From assembly GCA_944388415.1 (NCBI GenBank), contig CALXIU010000150.1, forward strand, positions 1 through 45,414: 45,414 nt of DNA, in the 5' to 3' direction. Positions 34,633 to 44,131 of this stretch are shown here, piece after piece (within the stretch, counting starts at the first letter, position 1; the number at the start of each line of letters is the position of its first letter). The position numbers and the translations under genes are program-made. The stretch is from an uncultured Ruthenibacterium sp. Its GTDB lineage: Bacteria > Bacillota > Clostridia > Oscillospirales > Ruminococcaceae. Below the pieces are notes generated by a model that saw nothing but the letters and a program-made list of their open reading frames with translations, did not search any database and was not told the origin of the DNA.

Positions 34633-35998
34633 GGCGGCGCTGGCCTTCGCGCCGTGGCTGTGTGCGCTCGGCGCGTGCCTGCTGGCGGCGCGGCGCGCTC
34701 TGTCGTCGCACGTGCGTGCCCGCGCGTTCCGTGCCGCGTGGCTGGTGCTGGCGGTGCGCGCGGCGCTTCCCGTGCAGTTTACGCTGCCGCATCCGCCTGT
34801 AACTGTGGAACTGCCCGCGTGGAGCGAAAAGCCAGTCACCGTGTTCGTCGCAGCCGCCGGCGCGGCCGGCGCCGTGGGCGCGGCGGAGAACGCCGTCCGC
34901 GTCCCGCCGTCCGCCATCGCGACGGGTGTGTGGGCCGCGGGAGCCGCGGCGCTCGCGCTGCTGTTCGCAGCGAGATACGCGGCGTTCGTCGTGCGGCTGC
35001 GCCGTTCGCGGATCCCCCTCGCGGGCCATCCGCGCGTTTACCGCTCGCCTCTGGCGGACGCCCCGTTTGCCTGCGGACTGCTTTGCCCGGCGGTGTACCT
35101 GCCGGAGGAGACGGAGCCGGACGACATTCCGTACATCCTCGCGCACGAGACGCGCCACATCCGGGCGGGCGACCTGTGGTTCCGGCTCATTCTGCTCGCG
35201 GCCCGGTGCGTCCAGTGGTTCAACCCGATGGCGCACGTGATGGCGCGCGCCGCACATTGCGACATGGAGCTTGCGTGCGACGAGGCGGTGCTGGACGAAA
35301 AGACACTCGGGTACCGCATCCGGTACGCGCAGGCGATCCTGAACGCAATGCGCAGCGCGCGGCGGGAGGCGCTTCTGGCCGCGCCGCTGTGCGGCCGCGG
35401 CACGCGCGGCGGCCGATGGAAGGAGATTTTCAACATGAACAGAAAACGCAAGGGAACTTGTCTGCCGGTCGCCGCCGGCGCGCTTGTGCTGTCGGCGAGC
35501 CTGCTGATGGGATGCGCCGCCGGGACGGCCGAACCGGCCCCGAGCGCGGACAGCCCGCAGAGCAGCCCGGTCGAACTCGCGCCGGTGACCGCGGCGCCGG
35601 GGGAGGAGACAGAACCCGAAGAACTCGTCTGGCCCGTGCCGGAGTACACCTATCTGGCGCGCGGGTATCAGGAAGAGACCCATCCGGGTCTGGACATCTG
35701 CGCCGCGGCGAACGCGGACATCCTCGCTGTGCAGGGCGGCACCGTCGCATTCGGCGGATGGGACGAGTCGAACCAGAGCTGCGGCAATTATGTGCAGATC
35801 GACTGCGGCGACGGACTGACGATGCTCTATCTGCACTGCAACGACGTGTATGTGCAGGAGGGCGAGACGGTGGAGGCCGGCGACCGGATCGCGTCCGTCG
35901 GCAGCACGGGGATGAGCACCGGCAACCATTGCTGCCTGCGGATGGAGCGCGACGGCGCGCCGTTTGACCCGGAAGAGCTGCTGACGGTCCCGCGTTGA
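34613..35998 (+). CDS. BlaR1-like M56 peptidase fused to an M23 peptidase domain
   Basis: ILAHETRHI, WFNP, DMELACDE (M56); HPGLD, CGNYV, VGSTGMSTGNH (M23). Confidence 0.88.
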   Translation: MLTKCFEAALAFAPWLCALGACLLAARRALSSHVRARAFRAAWLVLAVRAALPVQFTLPHPPVTVELPAWSEKPVTVFVAAAGAAGAVGAAENAVRVPPSAIATGVWAAGAAALALLFAARYAAFVVRLRRSRIPLAGHPRVYRSPLADAPFACGLLCPAVYLPEETEPDDIPYILAHETRHIRAGDLWFRLILLAARCVQWFNPMAHVMARAAHCDMELACDEAVLDEKTLGYRIRYAQAILNAMRSARREALLAAPLCGRGTRGGRWKEIFNMNRKRKGTCLPVAAGALVLSASLLMGCAAGTAEPAPSADSPQSSPVELAPVTAAPGEETEPEELVWPVPEYTYLARGYQEETHPGLDICAAANADILAVQGGTVAFGGWDESNQSCGNYVQIDCGDGLTMLYLHCNDVYVQEGETVEAGDRIASVGSTGMSTGNHCCLRMERDGAPFDPEELLTVPR

Positions 35999-36059
35999 CG
36001 CGGATACAGCTTGGATACATTGCCGTGCTATCCTGCCCTGTGAGAGCGGAGGGATGGCA

Positions 36060-37187
36060 ATGACTGTAAAAAGGATCGCCGCCGCGCTGTGCACGGCGGC
36101 GTTTTGTCTCGGCGCGTTCGGCACGGCGTTTGCCGAGACGCCGGAGGAAAAGGTCGAGCGTCTGCGGCAGGAGGCCGCGGAGGCGGAGGACAGGGTGGAG
36201 GAGTGCGACGCCGCGGTGCAGACCGCCGCGAACGAGCGCCAGGCGTACGCCGACAAGGTGAGCGCCATCGCCGCACAGATCGAGACGCAGAAGCAGCTGA
36301 TCGCTGCGCAGGAGGACGTCGTGAACGCCGCGCGCAAGGCGACCGCCGAGAAGCTGCTGGAGACCGAGCGCACGCGCGACCTGTTCGAAGACCGACTTGT
36401 CGCGATGTATGTGCAGCACAACAACTCGTCGCTCGCGACACTGCTCGGCGTGTCCAGCTTCTCCGAAGCGGTGCGCTACGTCGAAAACTTGCAGCGCATC
36501 GCGCAGTCCGACACGCAGATGCTCGAGACCCTTCGCGTGCAGAGCGAGGAACTGGCCGCGCGGCAGAAGACGGAGGAGGACGCGTTCGCGCAGCTTCAGG
36601 CTGACGAGCAGGCGCTCGAGCAGCTCGGCGCGCAGTACGCCGAGGCGCTGCGGCAGGCCGACGAGAAGTACTCTGCCGAGCAGGCGAATCTGGCGGCCGC
36701 GCAGGCGACGGCGACGCAGACGGAGGAGGAGCTGGAGCAGGCCGAGCGCGAGTACGCCGAGTGGGCGGCGCAGAACGACAGCGACTCGCCGGAGTTCACC
36801 GACGGCGTGTTCCAGTGGCCCATCCCGGGCTACACCACCGTCTCGTCGCCGTTCGGGTGGCGCACGCTGAACGGAAAGCAGGATTTCCACCGCGGCACTG
36901 ACATCCCCGCGCCGCAGGGCACGCGCATCTACGCGGCCGCGTCCGGCGTCGTGTCGTTCAACGCGCACTCCAGCTACGGCATCTGCGTCAAGATCAGCCA
37001 CGGCGGCGGCCTCGTGACCATCTACGCCCACATGACGGCGCGCGCCGAGTCGCTCACGCCGGGCTGCACCGTGCAGGCGGGCGATCTGATCGGCTACGTT
37101 GGCAACACCGGCAACTCGTACGGCAACCACCTGCACTTCGAGGCCGACCTCAACGGTCAGCCCGTCAGCGTCTACAATTATTTGTAA
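36060..37187 (+). CDS. Secreted coiled-coil M23 peptidoglycan hydrolase (EnvC/CwlO-like architecture)
   Basis: Signal peptide, long coiled coil, HRGTD, YAHM, GNTGNSYGNHLHFE. Confidence 0.9.
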   Translation: MTVKRIAAALCTAAFCLGAFGTAFAETPEEKVERLRQEAAEAEDRVEECDAAVQTAANERQAYADKVSAIAAQIETQKQLIAAQEDVVNAARKATAEKLLETERTRDLFEDRLVAMYVQHNNSSLATLLGVSSFSEAVRYVENLQRIAQSDTQMLETLRVQSEELAARQKTEEDAFAQLQADEQALEQLGAQYAEALRQADEKYSAEQANLAAAQATATQTEEELEQAEREYAEWAAQNDSDSPEFTDGVFQWPIPGYTTVSSPFGWRTLNGKQDFHRGTDIPAPQGTRIYAAASGVVSFNAHSSYGICVKISHGGGLVTIYAHMTARAESLTPGCTVQAGDLIGYVGNTGNSYGNHLHFEADLNGQPVSVYNYL

Positions 37188-37221
37188 GGCAAAAGCCCGG
37201 ACGGCCGTCCGGGCTTTTGCC
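37188..37221. terminator. Bidirectional terminator
   Basis: GGCAAAAGCCCGGACGG/CCGTCCGGGCTTTTGCC perfect inverted repeat between convergent genes. Confidence 0.85.
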
Positions 37222-37237
37222 TTGGGAAACGTATCTG

Positions 37238-39133
37238 TCACTCCAGCTCGAACGCGCCGGTGTACAGCTGATAGTACTGTCCCTTCTGCGCCAGCAGCTC
37301 CTCGTGGCTGCCGCGCTCGATGATGTGTCCGTGGTCCAGCACGATGATGACGTTCGAGTTCTTGACCGTCGACAGGCGGTGCGCAATGACGAACACCGTG
37401 CGGCCGTACATCAGCGCGTCCATGCCGCGCTGCACGATGGCCTCGGTGCGCGTGTCGATGGACGACGTCGCCTCGTCGAGGATCATCACGGGCGGGTCGG
37501 CCACGGCCGCGCGCGCGATCGACAGCAGCTGCCGCTGGCCCTGCGAGAGGTTTGCGCCGTTGCCTGTCAGCATCGTCTGATATCCCTGCGGCAGGCGCGT
37601 GATGAAGTCGTGCGCGCCCGCCAGCTGCGCGGCCACGATGCACTCCTCATCGGTGGCGCCAAGGTTGCCGTACCGGATGTTCTCCATGACGGTTCCGGTG
37701 AAGAGGTTCGTGTCCTGCAACACGATGCCGAGCGAGCGGCGCAGGTCGCTCTTTTTGATCTTGTTGATGTTGATGCCGTCGTAGCGGATCTTGCCGTCGC
37801 GAATGTCGTAGAACCGGTTGAGCAGGTTCGTGATCGTCGTCTTGCCCGCGCCCGTCGCGCCGACGAACGCCACCTTCTGGCCGGGCTTCGCGTAGAGCGA
37901 CACGTCGTGCAGCACGGGCTTGTCCGCCTCGTACTCAAAATCGACGTTGTACAGCCGCACGTCGCCCGCGAGGCGCGTGTACGTGATCGTGCCGTCGGCC
38001 TTGTGCGGGTGCTTCCACGCCCAGACGTTCGTGCGCTCGGCGCACTCGGTCAGCGTGCCGTCGGCGTTCTCCCTCGCGTTCACCAGCGTCACGTAGCCGT
38101 TGTCCTCCTCGGGCAGCTCGTCCATCAGCTCGAAAATGCGCGCCGCGCCCGCGAGGCCCATGACGACGGCGTTGATCTGGTGCGACACCTGGCCGATGTT
38201 GCCCACGAACTGCTTCGTCATATTGAGGAACGGCACCGCGATGCTGATGCCGAACGCCATGCCCGAGATGCTCAGGTTCGGCACGCCCGTCAGCAGCAGC
38301 GATCCGCCCGCGAGCGCCACAACGACGTACAGCACATTGCCGATGTTGTTCAGAATGGGGCCGAGGATGTTCGCATAGCGGTTCGCGCGCTCAGACGCGT
38401 CGTACAGAGCATCGTTCAGCCGGTCGAAATCGGCCTTGCTCTCCTCCTCGTGACAGAACACCTTGATGACCTTCTGTCCGTTCATCATCTCTTCGATGAA
38501 GCCCTCCACCTCGCCGAGCGCCGTCTGCTGGCCGAAGAAGTAGCGCGCCGAGCGGCCGCCGATCTTCTTCGTGACGACCAGCATGATGGCCACGCCCAGC
38601 ACCACGACGAGCGTCAGCCACACGCAGTAGTAGATCATGATGCTGAACACCGTCAGAACGGAGATGGCTGAAGCGAGCATCTGCGGAAAGCTCTGCGACA
38701 CCATCTGGCGCAGCGTGTCGATGTCGTTGGTGTAGTGGCTCATGATGTCGCCGTGATTGTTCGTGTCGAAGTAGCGGATCGGCAGGCGCTGCATCCCGCC
38801 GAACATCTTTTCACGCAGCTTTTTCAGCGTGCCCTGTGTGATGACGGCCATCAGCTGCGTGAACGTCGTGCTCGCGGCCAGCGCCAGCACGTAGAACACG
38901 GCCAGCAGGCCCACGAGCGACAGGATGCGGCTCCCGACGGCGCTCCAGTCGCCGGTCTGCCAGCTCGTCTCCACCAGCGCGATGACGTTCTGCATGAACA
39001 CCGCCGGCAGCGCGCCGACCACCGCGCTGAAGAGGATGCACGCGATCGTCAGCGGGAACAGCACGGGGTAGAAGCCGCGCACCGTCTTGAGCACGCGCAG
39101 GGCGGTTTTTCCGTTGATCTGTTTATTCTTCAT
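37238..39133 (-). CDS. Heterodimeric multidrug-type ABC exporter, subunit B (TMD+NBD)
   Basis: GATGAGKTT, LSQGQRQ, ILDEATSS. Confidence 0.93.
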   Translation of the reverse strand: MKNKQINGKTALRVLKTVRGFYPVLFPLTIACILFSAVVGALPAVFMQNVIALVETSWQTGDWSAVGSRILSLVGLLAVFYVLALAASTTFTQLMAVITQGTLKKLREKMFGGMQRLPIRYFDTNNHGDIMSHYTNDIDTLRQMVSQSFPQMLASAISVLTVFSIMIYYCVWLTLVVVLGVAIMLVVTKKIGGRSARYFFGQQTALGEVEGFIEEMMNGQKVIKVFCHEEESKADFDRLNDALYDASERANRYANILGPILNNIGNVLYVVVALAGGSLLLTGVPNLSISGMAFGISIAVPFLNMTKQFVGNIGQVSHQINAVVMGLAGAARIFELMDELPEEDNGYVTLVNARENADGTLTECAERTNVWAWKHPHKADGTITYTRLAGDVRLYNVDFEYEADKPVLHDVSLYAKPGQKVAFVGATGAGKTTITNLLNRFYDIRDGKIRYDGININKIKKSDLRRSLGIVLQDTNLFTGTVMENIRYGNLGATDEECIVAAQLAGAHDFITRLPQGYQTMLTGNGANLSQGQRQLLSIARAAVADPPVMILDEATSSIDTRTEAIVQRGMDALMYGRTVFVIAHRLSTVKNSNVIIVLDHGHIIERGSHEELLAQKGQYYQLYTGAFELE

Positions 39134-40868
39134 CGTCGTCACCCGCCTTGTTCTGAGAGGTGTAGACCTCGCGGTAGATCGCGTTCGTCGCCAAAAGCTC
39201 CTTGTGCGTGCCGACGGCGTTGATGGCGCCGCCGTCCATCACGATGATGCGGTCGGCGTCCTCCACCGAGGCCGTGCGCTGCGCAATGATGATCTTCGTC
39301 GTCTCCGGGATGTACGAGCGCAGCGCGCTGCGGATCTTCGCGTCCGTCTTCGTGTCGACGGCGCTGGTCGAGTCGTCTAGGATCAGGATCTTCGGCTTTT
39401 TCAGCAGGGCGCGCGCGATGCACAGGCGCTGCTTCTGGCCGCCGGAGACGTTCGCGCCTCCCTGTTCGATGTATGTGTCGTATCTGTCGGGGAACTGCTC
39501 GACAAATTCATCCGCGCACGCCATGCGGCACGCCTGCACGATCTCGCCGTCCGTCGCGGTCTTGTCGCCCCAGCGCAGATTTTCCTTGATCGTGCCGGAG
39601 AACAGGATGTTCTTTTGCAGGACGACGGCCACCTGATTGCGCAGCGATTCGATGTCGTAGCTGCGCACGTCGACGCCGCCCACGCGCACCGCGCCCTCCG
39701 TCGCGTCATACAGGCGCGAGATCAGCTGCACCAGCGTCGATTTCGACGAGCCGGTGCCGCCGATGATGCCGATCGTCTCGCCCGAGCGGATGTGCAGGTC
39801 GATGTTTGAAAGCGCCATGCGGTCGGCTTTCTTCGAGTATTTGAAGCTGACGTGATCGAAGTCGATCGAGCCGTCCTTCACCTCGTGGATGGGGTTCGCG
39901 GGATTGTCGAGCGTGCTCTTCTCCTGCAATACCTCCACGATGCGCTTGCCGGACTCGATGGCCATGATCATCATCACGAACACCATCGACAGCATCATCA
40001 GGCTGCTGAGCATCATGAAGCTGTACGTCAACAGCGCGGAGAACTGGCCGACGTCGAGGTCGACGCCGCGCGTCGTGATGATCGTGTACGAGCCGAACGA
40101 CAGCACGAACACCATCACAGAGTAGATGCAGAACTGCATCAGCGGGTTGTTGATCGCCAGGATGCGCTCGGCGCGCGTGAAGTCCCGGCACACGTCCTCG
40201 GCCGCCGCGTCGAACTTCTTCTGCTCGTAGTCCTCGCGCACGAACGATTTCACGACGCGCATCGCCTTGATGTTCTCCTGGATGGAGCTGTTCAGGTTGT
40301 CGTATTTCTTGAACACCTTGCGGAACAGCGGCATCGTCCGGGAGATCACCAGCGCGAGGCCCGTCCCCAGCACCGGCACGACGAACAGGAAGATCCACGC
40401 CATGCGCCCGCCCATCACAAACGCCATCACGAACGCGAACACCAGCATCAGCGGCGCGCGGATGGCCGTGCGGATCAGCATCATGTACGCGTTTTGCACG
40501 TTCGTCACGTCCGTCGTCATGCGCGTGACGAGCGACGAGGTGAGAAATTTGTCGATGCTTTCAAACGAGTAGCGCTGCACGCTGTAGAACATATCCTTGC
40601 GCAGGTTCCGCGCAAGGCCGCATGACGCCTTCGCGCACGTCATGCCCGCCAGCGCGCCGAATGTCAGCGCCAGCGCCGCCATCACCACCAGAACGGCCCC
40701 GTACCGCGCCAGCACCCCCATGTCGCCGCCATTTTTCACGGCGTTGACAAGCTGCGCGATGATGAACGGGATCGTGCACTCCATCACCACCTCGCCGGAC
40801 ACGAGGATCGGCGTCGCGATGGAGGCCTTCTTGTACTCCCGGATGCATCCGGCCAATTCCTTTACCAT
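39123..40868 (-). CDS. Heterodimeric multidrug-type ABC exporter, subunit A (degenerate site)
   Basis: GGTGSSKST, VSGGQKQR, ILDDSTSA, and IAQR in place of the H-loop. Confidence 0.93.
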   Translation of the reverse strand: MVKELAGCIREYKKASIATPILVSGEVVMECTIPFIIAQLVNAVKNGGDMGVLARYGAVLVVMAALALTFGALAGMTCAKASCGLARNLRKDMFYSVQRYSFESIDKFLTSSLVTRMTTDVTNVQNAYMMLIRTAIRAPLMLVFAFVMAFVMGGRMAWIFLFVVPVLGTGLALVISRTMPLFRKVFKKYDNLNSSIQENIKAMRVVKSFVREDYEQKKFDAAAEDVCRDFTRAERILAINNPLMQFCIYSVMVFVLSFGSYTIITTRGVDLDVGQFSALLTYSFMMLSSLMMLSMVFVMMIMAIESGKRIVEVLQEKSTLDNPANPIHEVKDGSIDFDHVSFKYSKKADRMALSNIDLHIRSGETIGIIGGTGSSKSTLVQLISRLYDATEGAVRVGGVDVRSYDIESLRNQVAVVLQKNILFSGTIKENLRWGDKTATDGEIVQACRMACADEFVEQFPDRYDTYIEQGGANVSGGQKQRLCIARALLKKPKILILDDSTSAVDTKTDAKIRSALRSYIPETTKIIIAQRTASVEDADRIIVMDGGAINAVGTHKELLATNAIYREVYTSQNKAGDDDEE

Positions 40869-40874
40869 ACAGTT

Positions 40875-41345
40875 TCACTCTCCTTCCGCGGTTTCGCGCT
40901 GCGGCGCGTCGACAGGGTCCATTTCCAGCCCGTCCCAATGCGTCAGCATCACATCCAGCAGCGCGTGCAGCTGTTCCAGTTCGCTGTGCGTCAGACATGA
41001 CGTCATCTCCGTTACACGCCGGTCGTAGTCGCTGCGCACGCGCGCCGCGTCCGCGCGGCCCTGTTCCGTCAGTGACAGCACAAAGTTGCGCCCGTCGTCC
41101 GTGCTTTTGTCCCGGCGGAGCACGCCGTCCGCTTCCATCTTGGCCAGCAGCTCGCTCAGCGAGCCCGCCTGCACGTCCAGCCTCTGCTGCAATTCGCGCT
41201 GCAACATGCCCGGCTGGGCCGAAAGTTCCATCAGAACGCGTCTGCGCCCCACGCGTCCGCCCATCTTGTAGTGCAAAAACCATCCCGCGTGCCGCAGCTG
41301 GCGCACGATCTGATGCGGGAGGGAAGGCCCGTCCTCCTGCTTCAT
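40875..41345 (-). CDS. MarR family transcriptional regulator
   Basis: QRELQQRLDVQAGSLSELLAKME...DDGR...LTEQG; first gene of the ABC operon. Confidence 0.88.
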   Translation of the reverse strand: MKQEDGPSLPHQIVRQLRHAGWFLHYKMGGRVGRRRVLMELSAQPGMLQRELQQRLDVQAGSLSELLAKMEADGVLRRDKSTDDGRNFVLSLTEQGRADAARVRSDYDRRVTEMTSCLTHSELEQLHALLDVMLTHWDGLEMDPVDAPQRETAEGE

Positions 41346-41485
41346 TCCACATCACCTCACATGTTTCGATGTTTTCCTGCCTTCATGATACCAAATCTCA
41401 CATCGAAAAATCAAGGTGCCTAACGATTTTGCCGCAAAAAAACGGGCCGCATTTTGCGGCCCGCAAAAAAGTGCAAAGCGGCGCG

Positions 41486-42277
41486 TCACGCCTCTGTGCC
41501 CCATGCCTCGAACTGCGTCAGCGCGGGGAAGGGGGAGGGGTCGTCGGCCTTGATGAGCTTGCCGAACGTCAGGCTCGTGACGGTGCGCGGCTCGATGGCG
41601 AAGCTCTGCGGCTTGTCCGTCTTCTCGAAGTGCAGCACCTCGCAGCTGCCGTCGGAGAACGTCACCTCGCCCTGCGTCCACCAGCTGTCGTGCGGGAAAT
41701 CCGCGCGCAGCGTCACGCGCAGCTCGTCCACGCGCACGGCGCGGCCGAAGTCCAGCGTCCACGCGGCGTTCGGGTCGCGGTTGATGCCCCAGCTCTGATA
41801 CGGCCACACGCCGTGGGAGGCGTTCTCATAGACGCCGTCGACGGCGTTGTACGAGGCGAACACCGCCTCGCCGCGCGTCTCCACGTTGGCGGACGTGTGC
41901 GGGAAGTAGCCGTTGTCGCCGTGCTGGTCGAACGGGTTGAGCGCGAGGTTGCGGCGCGCGGCGATCTCCTCCGGCGTCGCGAGGCGCGCGCGGATCAGGT
42001 GACAACCGCCGGTGAACGACTTCGGCGAGAACACGACGCGTCCCTCGCCGAACGGGATGGTGTAGATGACTTCACGCCGCGTCACATACACAAGGGCGGA
42101 AGGCAGCGTGTCCTCGAACTGTACGACACAGAAGCAGCCCGGCTCGCGGCATTCCAACACAATGTGATCACCGGGACGATATTCCGCGGCGTAGACGAGG
42201 TGCACGTCCGCAGCCTCCGCGCACGTCAGCAGCGTGCGGCCGCCGGCGTCCTGCACTTTCAATTTGATCTCTTGCAT
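41486..42277 (-). CDS. Hypothetical protein, possibly carbohydrate-binding (discoidin/galactose-binding-like)
   Basis: AAGGAGG RBS; RRNLALNP...NAVDG...SWG...LDFGR pattern. Confidence 0.6.
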   Translation of the reverse strand: MQEIKLKVQDAGGRTLLTCAEAADVHLVYAAEYRPGDHIVLECREPGCFCVVQFEDTLPSALVYVTRREVIYTIPFGEGRVVFSPKSFTGGCHLIRARLATPEEIAARRNLALNPFDQHGDNGYFPHTSANVETRGEAVFASYNAVDGVYENASHGVWPYQSWGINRDPNAAWTLDFGRAVRVDELRVTLRADFPHDSWWTQGEVTFSDGSCEVLHFEKTDKPQSFAIEPRTVTSLTFGKLIKADDPSPFPALTQFEAWGTEA

Positions 42278-42478
42278 GATAAAACCTCCTTGGTCATCGC
42301 GCCCGCGCGCGATGGGCGCGAAGGCTGCTTCTTAGTACAAGCGTATTCGCTCACGGCGCTTTTGTCAAGCGAAAGCGGCAAAATCCTCCTTCCGCCGTAA
42401 AAAAAGGCGGTCCGCGCATTGCAACGGCCGCGATTTCGATTATAATAAGAAAAGGGACGCCGCGCGGGTGTCCCGATC

Positions 42479-42555
42479 TGGCGTCGCTAAGAGGATTCGA
42501 ACCTCCGGCCTGCCGCTTAGGAGGCGGCCGCTCTATCCGACTGAGCTATAGCGAC
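42479..42555 (-). tRNA. tRNA-Arg (CCT)
   Basis: GTCGCTA/TAGCGAC acceptor stem, anticodon loop CTCCTAA, GGTTCGAATCC, encoded CCA; 77 nt. Confidence 0.96.
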
Positions 42556-42659
42556 ATGATGTATGCGGTACGGCGCGCTGCGCCGCGTTTTTTATTATAC
42601 CGTTTTGCGTGGAAAAAATCAAGACGCGCGGCGACGCCGCGCCGGAGAGGAGGCGTACC

Positions 42660-43625
42660 GTGACCAAAAAGCGCGATCTCTTGCCCTACGCGGCCAATCT
42701 GACCGGGGCGACGGCCGCCGTCTACATCGCGTCGGGCGCGCTGCTGCGCCTCGCGGCGCAGGCCTTCGTCCGCGTGTTCCACGCGCAGGCCACGCTCGAA
42801 AACCCCATCGGCGTGCCCGAGAGCGTCATCGCTTTGCTCTCGCTCGCCGTCAGCGCACTGTCTCTTCTGGCCGCCATCCGCTTCGCGCGGTCGTTCGGAC
42901 GGCCGGATTTCCCGATGAAGCTGTGCTTTGACGACCCGCGCGACCGCCGGCTGTGGCTGTTCCTGCCGGTGTTTCTTGCCTGCGAGCTGCTCGGCAGCGT
43001 GTTCAGCAGCCTGCTGCGATCCGCGCTCAGCAACTTTACAGGTTACGTTTCCCCGGAGAGCGTCACGCTGCCCGAGGGCGGCGCGGCGACGGCGCTGTTC
43101 TTCGCCTCGATGTGCGTCGCGCCCGCCATTTTGGAGGAGATCCTCGTGCGCGGCTGTCTGCAAAGCCTGTTCCGCCCGTGGGGCGTGTGGTTCTCGATCG
43201 GCCTGTCCAGCGCCGTGTTCGCGCTGCTGCACGCCGACGTCGCGCAGATGCCGGCCATCTTCCTGCTGTCGGTCTTCCTCGGCCTCAGCGCCCACGTGAC
43301 GGGCTCGCTGTTCCCCGGCATCGTGCTGCACATGGCGAACAACACGCTGTCGTTTGTGTTTTTGTACACACGCCAGCGTATGGACGGCCGCGCCGCGCTG
43401 GGCGTCACGATCTACCTGCTCGCATTTTTCTTCTTCGGCGCGGCGCTGTGCATCTGGCAGATCGCCGCGACGGGCCTGATGCGCACGCTGCGGCCCGTGC
43501 CGCGTGCCGCCGACCCGAAGCACCGCAGCGGCCGCGTGCGCCGCATTTTGCGCGCGCCGATGTTCACGATCATGATGCTGTATCTTGTGCTGCGGGCGGT
43601 CTGGCCGATCGCTGCGCTGCGGTGA
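42660..43625 (+). CDS. CPBP (CAAX/Abi) family intramembrane metalloprotease
   Basis: EEILVRG, FALLH and LHMANN motifs; GTG start after AGGAGG. Confidence 0.88.
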   Translation: MTKKRDLLPYAANLTGATAAVYIASGALLRLAAQAFVRVFHAQATLENPIGVPESVIALLSLAVSALSLLAAIRFARSFGRPDFPMKLCFDDPRDRRLWLFLPVFLACELLGSVFSSLLRSALSNFTGYVSPESVTLPEGGAATALFFASMCVAPAILEEILVRGCLQSLFRPWGVWFSIGLSSAVFALLHADVAQMPAIFLLSVFLGLSAHVTGSLFPGIVLHMANNTLSFVFLYTRQRMDGRAALGVTIYLLAFFFFGAALCIWQIAATGLMRTLRPVPRAADPKHRSGRVRRILRAPMFTIMMLYLVLRAVWPIAALR

Positions 43626-43639
43626 GAGGAGGACCACGC

Positions 43640-44131
43640 TTGACGGATGAAGAACTGATGCGCTTCGCGCTGGCCGAGGCGGAACGGGCGTTCGCGCTCG
43701 GCGAGGTGCCCGTCGGGGCTGTCGTCGCGAAGAACGGCGAGGTCGTCGCCGCGGCGCACAACACGCGCGAGACGGAGAAAAACGCCACGCACCACGCGGA
43801 GCTTCTCGCCATCGACCGCGCGTGCCGCGCGCTCGGCGGCTGGCGTCTGTGGCAGTGCGATTTGTTCGTTACGCTCGAGCCGTGCCCGATGTGCGCCGGG
43901 GCCATCGTCAACAGCCGCATCCGCCGCGTCGTCTACGGCGCGAAGGACGAAAAAGCGGGCTGCTGCGGCAGCGTCACCGACCTGTTCGCGCTGCCGTTCA
44001 ACCACCGCCCGGTGGTGGAGAGCGGCCTGCTGGAAGAGGAGAGCCGCGCGCTCTTGCAGAAATTTTTCGAGCGCCTGAGACAACAGCGCAGGGAAGGGAG
44101 CAAACCCAAATGGAAAAAACCGCAGTCGTGA
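43640..44131 (+). CDS. tadA: tRNA adenosine(34) deaminase
   Basis: GEVPVGAV, HAE, TLEPCPMCAGA; TTG start. Confidence 0.94.
   Translation: MTDEELMRFALAEAERAFALGEVPVGAVVAKNGEVVAAAHNTRETEKNATHHAELLAIDRACRALGGWRLWQCDLFVTLEPCPMCAGAIVNSRIRRVVYGAKDEKAGCCGSVTDLFALPFNHRPVVESGLLEEESRALLQKFFERLRQQRREGSKPKWKKPQS

Noticed and set aside
32080-42478. Genomic island between rplL and tRNA-Arg
   Set aside because: Gene content looks accessory, but I saw no integrase, no flanking direct repeats and no clear compositional shift.
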